From: Pelomyxa schiedti
Lineage: Eukaryota > Protista > Evosea
Direction of reading: 5' to 3'
Assembly (NCBI GenBank): GCA_020536535.1
Contig: JAHLWZ010000888.1
Coordinates: 1 to 58,422 of the forward strand
Length of the DNA: 58,422 nucleotides
The notes under the pieces were generated by a model. It ran no database searches. It was given only the letters and a program-made list of their open reading frames with translations, and had not been told where the DNA came from. Shown one piece after another: positions 1 through 11,059 of the stretch. The position numbers and the translations under genes are program-made. How positions within the stretch are numbered: position 1 is the first letter of the stretch; the number at the start of each line of letters is the position of its first letter.

Positions 1-1888
1 ATTGTAACAACTTACTCTTTACCAATTCTGCTAGATGGTAACCCCATCACAGTAACTGTGCCTGAAAAACCCAGAGCAGTTAGACTTCCTCCAATGAGAA
101 CCATAGCTGCGGTGATTACACCCACGAAACCGTCTTTCAGTCCAAGTGCTATACTACCAAGCTTCGGCCTAAAAGCCCACAGAATGTCCTACCGAAAGAG
201 TATGAAAGTGGCCAAAATGGAGACGGCAAATGATCCGGAAGAACTACGAAACTCGAAGTTAAGGGCGCTTGTTGTAAGCGAGTTGATAACAACAGAGGGG
301 AAATATGTTGAGGACTTGGCAACATTCTTTGTTGTATATGGTAATCAAATTAAAGTTGAATATGCATCCCAACCTGAAATGGTAGTCCCATACCATTGAC
401 TTTTTACCAATTTTTCACAGGCCGTTTTGATTGTACAATTTTCCACTATGGAACAAATTTATGAACTGAACCGCCAATTTTTTCGAATGTTATCTCCCTC
501 ACCAACAGGACCAGTGGTTCCTGTGGGTGAAATAATGAGAGCATTTGTACTCCTTCTCATCCTCATCCGTATTGATCAACTTGTTAGATTTAGGTTTGTG
601 GTTTGGATTACTATGCTGTATTTTGTAACCAACAAGAAGCGACTTTACACACCTTCAACACCTTAATGGTCAAAAACCCAAAGTTTGCTGCTTTTGTCAA
701 GGTCATAAACAATGTCCTATTTTCTGTACTCTTTATTCACTTCAGAATAGAGATGTTCCACCGAAGTTCGGGGTGCACATTCTATTCCCGATTACGTAGG
801 TTGGTGCTTGTTTGTTTCCTTGTTATGTTTCGCTGTTTCTAATAGCAAGTGACGTTTACCACAGCAAAACCTTTCCAGAGGCTCTTGAAGTACCCTCTGC
901 TGCTAAAAGTGCATAAATTCCCCTTGCAATGCTTCTCTGAAGTTCCTCTACAGGAAATAATCAAGTATACGAGCGCTTCAGACCCGGAACTTCCAGTAAT
1001 AAAAGAAGCCCTAGCTATTCTACTCTCTGCTATAGAGAAAATCAATAGCAATAAAGCTCATTCAGACAGTTTGCGTACATTGATTAATCTCAACCGCAGC
1101 ATTGTGGGGACCAAAGTATCTTACCAGTCCTAATTCATTCTTCATGTGTAACATACCTAAAGCAAAAAAACTTGGTGCATCCTGGGCGTACATTAATCTT
1201 TGAAGCTTTGCTAGTTAAGATAGAAAAAAAGTCACTGGAACCCCGAAAGTGCTTTTTATTTAATGACGTGGTAAGTACATCATATCTTTGTTCCTCACTG
1301 AAGGTTCTGCAAGTTCCTGGAGTGCAAAGAGTTCAAAGACGCCACTGGTGACAAATTAAAAATTATCAAGTACATGTCGTTGCGGTATCTGGAAGTTGAG
1401 GATGTGCCAGATAAGGGTGGTATGCCACGCTTCATACACCACAAAACAAAACGAAAAACCCTGGCAAAAAAATCAAACCAAAACCAAAAGACCTGAGGGA
1501 TGCATTACGCGTGAGAATCTTCAAAGATGAGGATTCAACCAACCCCCGGAGACCCACCTTTCTACACTCCTCCATGTCCGATGTGTTCTCCACAATGGAG
1601 AGCCAACCAATACCAACAACACCCGGCGGCACCGCAATTGGAATCCCATCACATTCAGTTTCACAGCCTGCCTTATTCAACAACAACACACAGTCACCCT
1701 ACAGCCAGTCCACTCTAGACACACACTCCCAGTCCTCCCAGCCACACGCCATTGCACTGTACTGTTTCCCAACCCCTGCTGACAAAAAAGCCTGGTTCAC
1801 AAAGATAAAGTAAGTTGTGGCCACTATTTTGTTACTAGCTCAAATATCGGCTAGGTATCTGCAGGAAAACCAAGACACACTATTCTGA
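1..1888 (+). CDS. RhoGEF (DH + PH domain) protein, multi-exon, 5' end outside the window
   Basis: DH motifs 'RALVVSELITTEGKYVEDL' and 'KPFQRLLKYPLLLKEIIKYT'; PH start 'LVHPGRTLIFE...CFLFND'; GT-AG introns join the fragments; stop TGA 1886-1888. Confidence 0.9.
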
Positions 1889-1981
1889 AGCAAAAAAAAA
1901 TACACCATGTTTGTTCTTAGTATGTGGGAATGAAGGAAAAAAGATTTTTTCTTTTACCAACACAACAAAACTGTTCACCTT

Positions 1982-3183
1982 TCAACTGGAATTTGGGTGT
2001 TCCACAACGTAACGTTCCACTTCTTCAGGTGTATTATCTACCAATTGCCTTGTGAGCTCCACACGTTGTCTTAGTTGATCATTGGAAAATGTAGGACGCA
2101 TTATTGGCTCCCAAGGAGGCAGGTCTCCCTGCTCCATTGGATCAATAGACCGCATCCTAGGTAATGTCAATGTAAATAAATGATAATGAGCAAGTGCTAC
2201 CAGTTGAGGTGTCGGTGGATCACACCAGTTTCAGGGTGCCTTCTAGTGTAATGCAGAATATCTTGTGAAAGGGTTAGTGTTAAGATTTGTTGGTGTAGAC
2301 AAACAGCCGTTTCCAATAGGATTGCTTGCATTTTTTACTTCAGCTACAAATTCCGGTCTCATTGTGCGTTCTAGAAGCAGTCGGAAAGTGTAACTAATTC
2401 CGTGATGGCACACAACTAATTTAGGGAATTTGAGAAAACTGGATAGCAGGGCAAAGATTACCAACTACACGCATTCCCCCGCAACGATTTGCAAGCTTCC
2501 TAATAAACTTATCAACACGAAGGCATGCATGCCCAATAGATTCGTCACCTACATCGCGGTGAGATAGGAAGAGGAAAAGGAGATTTACCAGTGAGATCTT
2601 GTGGACCTTCTGGAGGTGCTCTAGTCTTATCTCTAAAACCCGACCTGCAATCTCTGAGTGGCGTGGCAGAGAAATGTAATGTACCTTATAAAAAAGTCAG
2701 TTGTCCAACAAGCATCAGGTAGTCCCAGCTCAGCCGCAGTTTCCAGAGTACGTAGGTACCTAGATTCGGTAAAAGAATAGTTGCTGCTGCAATAATATAC
2801 TCGCTACAGAAGTGGAAATCAACAGTCCCAACATGTGTCTTTATGTAATTTCCAGCCTGAAGAGCTCAGGTGAAATTGAGAGATCTGAGAAGTAGTCATA
2901 CATGCTGTGACTGGATCCTGCCTTTTTGAGTGAGTCGATAGTCTGAGGAAGGACGATCCGCCAGAAGGGTGTTGGGTGTGGGTGATCTCGGAGTTCCTTC
3001 ATCGATGTGATCTCTACTCCTTCCATTCCTCAGTTTGAGGAGGTTACCTTCACTCTCCCCATGCCTGATGATGATTAAATCTACAGGCTGTTTGAAAAAA
3101 ATCAGTGTGGTTCCACCAACGTAACAAGATACCATGTTTTCATATTCCAGGGAATTTTTCTCTATGTAAACAGCTGGTGGCAT
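1982..3183 (-). CDS. Histidine phosphatase / phosphoglycerate-mutase-like protein, paralogue B
   Basis: 'PVDLIIIRHGESEGN' (RHG motif), 'LTQKGRIQ', 'SEYLRTLETAA', 'VVCHHG'; several ~40-45 nt introns. Confidence 0.85.
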
Positions 3184-3237
3184 GTCAATGACTCGGTCAG
3201 AGTTTCTTTATTTGATAAAGAAAAACAAATCAGTATG

Positions 3238-4534
3238 TCAATGTTTTCCAGTGGTGTCTACCCACGTTGTAGGTTTCTGGTACAATCGCCAAAAGTCTTC
3301 AATTTCTTCGGTAGAGTTGTCTACGAGGAGAGGTGTCTTGTCAGCAAGTTCTCTCAGCTCGGAGTTGGTGAATGACGTTGGAATGATTTCTTGCCATGGG
3401 TGAGGAGTCCGCACCTTCAGAGGGTCCACAGATCGCATCCTTTTCAGGAAGTTTAATTTTCCCTTTTACTTATCTTCAAAGCACACCACTTAAGGTGAGT
3501 GTGAATAACACCAGTGTCTGGATCTCTTCTTGAATAATGCAAGATATCTTTATTTGGTCACTTTCAAATTCAAATCAATCAACCAAGAACAAACTGCATG
3601 TAGACACAGTATCTGTTCTCTTATTCCACTCTTCTTCAAATTCGGGACTCATAGTTCGCTCAAGTAATAGTCGGAAGGTGTAGGTGAGACCAGGGTGACA
3701 AACAACTGAATATTTTCGCTCAAAAAGAGAGAGTGGAAAGTGGCACCGACCTATGACGCGCATGCCAGAACAGCGATAGGCAATTTTCTGTAAGAATTGA
3801 TCCACACGAACAACGGTATTCGCTACAGATTCTGCTCCTTCAGACATTTAAGGAGATTTACTTCAAGTAATCAATGCCCACCTGGTGCTTGATAAAAGAA
3901 AAAATCATTAATAGCTCTCCGCCTCTCTTCCTCAGGGTATAACCTATCAGTTTCCTCTTTATCCATTCCCACTATTCCGAAATCTCGCTCTCTAGAAGAT
4001 TTTTAATACAAAGAACTCGAGAACCACCAACCTTATGTAAAAATCAGTCGTCCAGCAAGCGTTGGGAAGTTCAAGACTGGCTGCACTTTCCATAGTTCTC
4101 ACATACCTTAAAAGAGATAAGTTAAGGAGGGAGGTGGGGAGTATTCGTTACTCGCTGCAAAAATGAAAGTCGAACGGGCCAATTTCTGATTTGATAAAGT
4201 CACCAGCCTACAGATGTAAGAAAACAATACTCTATATCTTTGGGAAATCTCTCACGGCTTTAGCTTGCAGCCTGCCCTTTTGTGTTAACCTGAACTCAGA
4301 TCTTTGTCTATCAGCCACAGGTGCAGGTGGAGATCGTCGGTGCAAAATACTGCCTTCGTTTTCACCATGTCCAACAATCACTAAGTCCACGGGCTACAAA
4401 GATTACTTGTTGTCTTTGTAAACACAAAGTGCGGACTGCACCCAGTAAAAAAAAAAAAAGAGCAATGATTGCATCAACAGATCGAACGTTACCATGTGGT
4501 CATAAACAAGCGAGTTTTTGTGCACCGCATCCAT
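3238..4534 (-). CDS. Histidine phosphatase-like protein, paralogue A (RHG changed to GHG)
   Basis: 'PVDLVIVGHGENEG', 'LTQKGRLQA', 'SEYVRTMESAA', 'IRERDFG', 'ESVANTVVRV', 'VVCHPG'; shares intron positions with paralogue B; may start at ATG 4606 via an extra intron. Confidence 0.8.
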
Positions 4535-4868
4535 GTCCTACACACCACCCGGTGATAGATTTCGATCGAAAGAATGAATCTCGACAGGCAGGGCCTCGAT
4601 TTTCATGTCCAATTTTCACTCTCTTCTCCTTCCTCATATGGACAGTGTCAGATGAAAAAACCTCCCATGGCGAGTAACCATCTGGAACTCGGAACACTTC
4701 CGGACCACAAGAACCCCCTGCAGGGGAGTAATGCCACCGCCCACGGTGTGTTGCCTCTGAGGAGAGACCTGTCAGTAGCCCAGAAATCGACGAGATACAA
4801 CCAGGGAAAAACATCAGAATTATGTGAAGTAAAAAGGTGCACCTTTTTTTTGTTCTGGAACGAAGTAG

Positions 4869-7168
4869 TTACAAATCCACACCAGAATTGAACACCTTTA
4901 TGAATTGCTGGGCCTTGCCTCTGCACACAGGGCATTCACCTTTGCTTGACTGCAGTTGTGTTGCACATGCTTCACATAGGCACAGGTGACCACACGGTAC
5001 TGCCAGGAATGTGGCTGTTCCTTGCCAGCACACCACACAAACTTGTGCAGAAGGCTCTGGAGCCTTGGTTACTGTGTTGGTGCTTGTTGTTGGTGTTGTG
5101 GCGCCAGTTGGTGGTGCGGTGCTGGCTACTGAGGAAGCGGCTGTTGAAATAGTAGAGACTGTAACTTTGTTGCCTCCGCGTGCTCCGCGGCGACTTGCTT
5201 TGAGGGGCAGCATTCCTTTCTAAAGTGCGATTAAATGCAAAGTATAGAAATTTGTCAAACTACCTTTCTTGCACAAGGGTTGCAGTACTGTAAACTTGGA
5301 TCTTTAACTCGTGGCTTCCCGCACTCAAGACACACACCAAGAGACGCTCTGCCCCCCCTCTCACCTCTATCTCCTCTTCCTCGGCTGCAGCATTGCTGGC
5401 AAGAGGCACTTTGTTGATGAAATGTTGCAACCTAACGCCGGAATTAGACAAGCAAGCTGGAAATGAAAAATGAAACCAGTTCAAATGCTCCAAGACCTGG
5501 AAGAGCTACACTACTCTTCTCAATTGTTGCTTCAAGTATTTTGTTTAGTACCTTCCTGTCAAAGTCAAGCAAGGGTTTAAACCCTCTGCACTCACTGCAC
5601 TTCATTACCTATAAATATTAATCAACACGTTCGTGATTTCATGTTCACATACCACTTGTTTAGACTTGCACTGCTGACATAAAGGACACTGCCCAATTAA
5701 GTCCAGAGGTTCTGGAAACGCCTGAGTACAGGCTGCGCACACCTTTTTAGAATTCAGTATTTCATAGAAAGGAGGGTAAAGTACTCTTGGATTAACAACT
5801 GGTGCTTGTACCTCGGTTCGCGCAAAAAAGGGTGTTGCAGCTGTGGTTGTTGGGAACATTTGTGGCTGCACCGTATTTGTTGCTACCATGGGTGTCTGTG
5901 CCACAGTTGATCCAAAAAATGGAGGTTGTTGCACTACGTTTGGCACAAGACATGGTGTCTGAACAGTGGTTGTTGCAAGAACCGGTGGTGGAATGGGGTG
6001 CTGCAACGCAGGTGGGAATGTTGCACTACCAGAAACCGGGCCTTTAGCGCATTCAGTGCAGAAGACGGTTCCAGATCTCATCTCAAGTTGTTTTTATTTA
6101 GAAAAGTTAAATTGGGAGAGCAAGTGTACTTTCATGACTATTCCCTCTGTAGCAGTTTCCTGCGATTAGGTCATTTGCGGAAAATTACAGGAGAAATACG
6201 TCATACCAGCATCATTGAGCACCGGTTTTTATCTGTGATAGCTAATTGTGACCAAGCCTTGAGTTCATTGCAAGTACTGCACCGTACCATCTTGAGGAAT
6301 GTATGAGAGGTGAAAAAAAACCATGGTCTCCACAACCTTCCTGCTGGCTATACAAGTATGGCACAGGGAGAATTTCGGTTTCACGCCAAACTTTGGATTA
6401 GAGCGGGTCACAACAGGGCCCCCACAAGCAGCGCAGACTTTATTTGATTTCTTGTGTGATGCAGAAGCCATTGCGCTAGCAGGGGGCATAGCAAACGCCG
6501 TCGGCGAAGATGTAGTCGACATTACGGGAGTGTACCCAGTACTTGGAAAGGCCTGAGGGGGCTGAGTAAAGGGTTGAGGGATTTGGTTAAAGGGCTGCGG
6601 GTGTTGATAGAATTGAGGAGATGCGGGCATCACGCCGAACGGAGTCTGGGGAACCAGCAGCCCAACGAGAGGGGAAGTAGGCGGAGGGGCAGTGGAGGCG
6701 GAGGGAATTATGGGCATCCCCAGCGCCGACGACCCACCGTTTGCCGTGGCGCCCCCGCCGCCGAGAACCATCGGCCCGTTGTTGTTGTTGTTGTTGTTGT
6801 TGTAGTAGTACTGCATTGGCAAGGGAGGAGCACTCGCGAATGCAACTGCTGCTCCCCCCGTGGCCGTCGTCGTACTGTAACCACCACCACCACCACCAGT
6901 TGTTGTTGTTGCTGCTGTGGTGGCAGCAAATGGCGTCGTCGAAGATTCCGTCGCAGAAGTCAGCACAGACGCGTCGTCGTCGTCAAAGTCGACGTCGTCT
7001 GCGGCCGCCGCGGCAGAAGTGGTGTTGTTGCCGTGGCGCGAGGCCCCTCGTGGTTGTCGCGGCGGCCTCTCTCTGCGCTCTCTCTTCTCTCCCCCTGTGG
7101 TACGTGTGGTGTTAGTAGTTTGTCATTCCTTGGGACAGGGGTGTCTCACGCTGCCTGTGGCCCCGCAT
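4869..7168 (-). CDS. RING-finger (C3HC4, IAP/MGRN-type) putative E3 ligase with repeated Cys-rich motifs and low-complexity N-terminus
   Basis: C-terminal '[26 protein letters not shown]...CPVCR'; two similar 'KKVCAAC...LCxxC' modules; first intron has GTGAG donor and TACTAAC branch point. Confidence 0.8.
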
Positions 7169-7382
7169 CAGATATCTAATCACCTGCTGTATCTCTGGTT
7201 CAGATGTGTTCGGTGAAGGTCATTCAGATCCGTTCTCATCAATCTCGGGAAATTTCCATTCTCCTTTGTTTGTTGGTTACTACGAAGTTGAGCAAGCCGC
7301 CGCCAATAAGTTGGGCTGGAGGTCTTTTAAGGCAATATGGAGCAACAATAAGCCGCTACGAAACAAGATAAAGAAAACCCTT

Positions 7383-8592
7383 ATGGACGCGGAGGAAGGG
7401 GAAGTGCGGGCAATAGTTTTTGACAATGGCTCAGGATTTTTCAAGGCTGGTTTTGCTGGCGAGGATTCCCCTCGGGCTATTTTTCCGGTGCGGTTCTATC
7501 TCTACCGTAGAGTACTTCATTTTTTTATTAATATACCGCACCTTATTAACTAATTTTGGCATGCAGTCAATTGTTGGGTGTCCCTGCGCAGGAACTGTTC
7601 CTGGACAGAAGGCCACCTACGTCGGGGAGGTGGCAAATCCGAGGTGTATCATGAAGTACAGGTACCCAATCGAACGTGGCAGGATCACAAACTGGGATGA
7701 TATGGAGGCCATATGGCGCCACGCCCTCACGAATGAGTTGCACGTGAAACCAGAGGAGCACCCGATCCTGCTAACCGACGCTCCCCTCACACCAAAGACC
7801 CACCGCGAGAAGATGACCGAGCTCCTGTTCGAGACATTCAACACCCCGGCAATGTACGTATCCCTTCAGGCCCCTCTATCCCTATACAGCGCGGCAAGAA
7901 ATACGGGCATAGTCCTGGACACTGGCCATGGTGTTACCCAGATTGTGCCAGTCTGTGGGGGCTACCCACTCTCACACGCTATTCGCAGGCTGGATGTTGC
8001 CGGCAGTGACCTCACCAGCCACATGATGACGCTACTGGCTCAGCGTGGCTACTCACTTATGACAAGCAGAGCTCAGCACGAAGTTGTGCGTTACATCAAG
8101 GAGAACCACACATATGTTGCCTTGGACTTTGAGGCTGAGATGAATACTGCTGCCAAATCGTCAGCCCTTGAAAAGAGCTACGAGCTTCCTGATGGAGAGC
8201 TGATTACCATAGCCAGTGAGAGGTTCATGTGCCCCGAGGCACTGTTCAAACCGTACATCAGTGGTGTGGATGCTCCCGGAATCCATGAAGTATGCTACCA
8301 GTCCATCACATGGTGTGACCGCGAGCTCCGTGAGCATCTCTACTCCAACATTGTGCTGTCTGGTGGCACATCTTTGTTCCCGGGATTAGCTGAGAGGATG
8401 CAGAAGGAGATGACAATCCGCGCACCAGCAAACGTGAAGGTCAATATCATTGCACTGCCAGAACGCAAGATCTCAGCGTGGATTGGAGGATCAATCCAGG
8501 CATCTCTGAGCACATTCCAGCAGATGTGGATCGGCGTGGAAGAGTACGCCGAGTCTGGCCCTGCCATTGTCCATCGCAAGTGCCACTTCTGA
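7383..8592 (+). CDS. Divergent actin paralogue 1 (single intron 7488-7566)
   Basis: '[16 protein letters not shown]', '[10 protein letters not shown]', '[11 protein letters not shown]', 'EKSYELPDG', 'NIVLSGGT', '[12 protein letters not shown]'. Confidence 0.95.
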
Positions 8593-8714
8593 GACAGTCG
8601 TCTGACACATCTAAGACGGTTTTTGTTGTAGGTTTTTAAATATAGACCGAGAAAATCCAGATAATTATTTCTTTGGGAATTTACAAAGACTGTGAATTGA
8701 TGTTACAAGTGTTA

Positions 8715-9500
8715 TTATGGTTGGTTGGGGAGGTTGCTGAATTTCCTTCTCAGTTTGGTGGTGTCTATGTTGTCATAGTCAAAATTGGGGTCCAGAGTGA
8801 ATGGCCTCACAGAGTCCTACCACAAAGGCATAAGGTGATAGGGTTTTGGATTTTGTAGTACACACCTCCGGGGAAGAATCAGTGGCTGTTATTGCTGGTG
8901 AGCCTGAGTGTTCCAATTCGTCTTCCTCTGGCAGGTAGTTATTTATCTGCCCAAGAGGCTTAAGTAGACAAAATACAGTCGATTAGATGCGTAGTACAAT
9001 GAGAGGCCATGGTCTTGGTGGTGGTTCTTGTTCTGGTGTGAATTGTGTGACTGGGAAAGCCTCACAATCTTCATCTACGTTATAATTGATCCTGCCCGCA
9101 GGATCAGAATCACCAGTCCCCTGAATGTCTGGGCAGACCATCAGAAAGTGAATGTGAAATCCTCGTGGTTACCAATTTGCTCTGTTGTTACATTAGCAAA
9201 TTCGGCACAATCCCGCGGAGCAAATGGGTGCGGCAGATCCTCAATGTATTCCAGCGTTGTGGGCGTGGGAGCCTCGGTGCCAAGAAAAAGATGTGTGCCA
9301 CTGTTGGGGGAACACAGAGAAGGGAAGGTCAAGCCCTTTTTTAGGTTTTGTTGGTTGTTGTTCAGCAGAGGGAGACGGCATTTGACTGAAACAGACTGGA
9401 CGAAACGACACACATCGAAATCTGAATTGAGGAAAGAGAACATAGAGCAGAAATCCTCGTAGCTCTGTGCATTCCATGTTGCGGTGCCCTTATCCCCCAT
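8715..9500 (-). CDS. IFT-associated protein (IFTAP/C11orf74)-like, about 5 exons
   Basis: Spliced product has 'AQSYEDFCSMFSFL', 'INNYLPEEDE' and C-terminal 'VRPFTLDPNFDYDNI'; these resemble the conserved blocks of C11orf74 as I recall them (EQTY..FL.TF..L; VDNFL; FSLDEEFDYDNV). Mostly missed by the ORF track. Confidence 0.65.
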
Positions 9501-9557
9501 CAAAGCAACGATCGTGATTTTTTTTTCTGGTAAAAAATACATCAACGAAAATTCAAA

Positions 9558-10732
9558 TCAAAAAGCTCCTTCAGTTCGGCACTTGCGGTGGACAATGGCA
9601 GGGCCAGACTCGTCGTACTCTTCCTTGCTGATCCACATCTGCTGGAATGTGCTCAGAGATGCCAGGATTGATCCTCCAAGCCACGCTGAGATCTTGCGTT
9701 CCGGCGGGGCAACGATCTGTATCTTAACCGTTGGTGGTGCGAGGATTGTCATCTCCTTCTGCATTCTCCCTGCGAAGCCTGGGAGCATTGATGTGCCTCC
9801 CGACAGCACAATGTTGCCGTATAAGCTCCGCCTGATATCAACATCACAAGCCATGATGGAGTTGTAGCACATCTGGTGGATACCAACATCACCCCTGCCA
9901 AGGAGTGCAGGCTGGAATAGTGCCTCTGGACATCTGAACCTCTCAGTGCCAACATTGATGAACGTTCCATCAGGAAGCTCGTAGCTTTTCTCTGGCGAGG
10001 ACGCAGAGATTCCCATCTCAGCTTCCGCGTCCAAGGCCACGTAGGCGAGCTTCTCCTTGATGTCACGCCCAAACTCGCGTGGGTGCTTGGTTATGATTGA
10101 ACAACCACGCTCATTTAGCAGTGTCATCATGTAGTTGCTCAGATCGCAGCCCGCCAAGTCCAATCTGCGGGTGCAGCCTTCAGGTATTACGGCCTCGAGG
10201 ATTGGAACAGTCTGAGTTACGCCATCTCCGGTTTCCACCACGATTCCAGTGGCTCTGCCTGATGCATAGAGTGACAAGCGCCCTACGACGCCAACGTAAA
10301 ACGCTGGAACGTTGAATGTCTCGAACATGATCTGTGACATCTTCTCGCGGTTTGGCTTGGGGTTCAGGTGAGCCTCGGTAATTAGGACTGGGTGCTCCTC
10401 ACATGCAACATGGAGCTCGTTGTCGAATGTGTGGTGGAATATCTTCTCCAAGTCATCCCAGTTTGTGACGATGCCACGCTCGATTGGGTACTGCAGGGTG
10501 AAGATGCCTCGCTTGCTCTGGGCCTCATTTCCAACACAAAAATCATCATTGATCCTATACCCCTGGGGGCGACCAATGATGGTCTGACTATATGTAAGAG
10601 TTGTACTACTGAGCAACAGTTGAAGTTACACACAGGAAAAAGGTCACGGGGCGCGTCGTCACCACCGAAGCCGGCCTTGAACATTCCAGTGCCATTGTCA
10701 AATACAAGTGGCTGTATGTCCTCTCCTTCCAT
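9558..10732 (-). CDS. Divergent actin paralogue 2 (single intron at the same position as paralogue 1)
   Basis: '[21 protein letters not shown]', 'EAQSKRGI', '[24 protein letters not shown]', '[12 protein letters not shown]', '[14 protein letters not shown]'. Confidence 0.95.
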
Positions 10733-11059
10733 TCTTTCTTGTATTTTGTTTGTGGTATGTTTTTGCAGGATGTAACAAAAAGGTAGTTCAACGTTTTCGC
10801 AGATCAGTGAGACCAACTTCTCTTCCCAACTTAGTCTACAGTGCGGGAACAATCCAGGGTTCAATTGATTGGGTGAAGAACAACTAAGGAAAGTGTGAGC
10901 GAGCCTCGGACGCAGGACCAAGACTGCATCTAGATATCACTCAGGAGGAGGAATGATGTTTCGTTTCATCTCATTGGTGTCGGCCAATCTCAATAACACA
11001 GGACGAAATGATCAGAACTCCTGAAAAAAACCCCACGAGCTACGGACACGATCCGCAAT

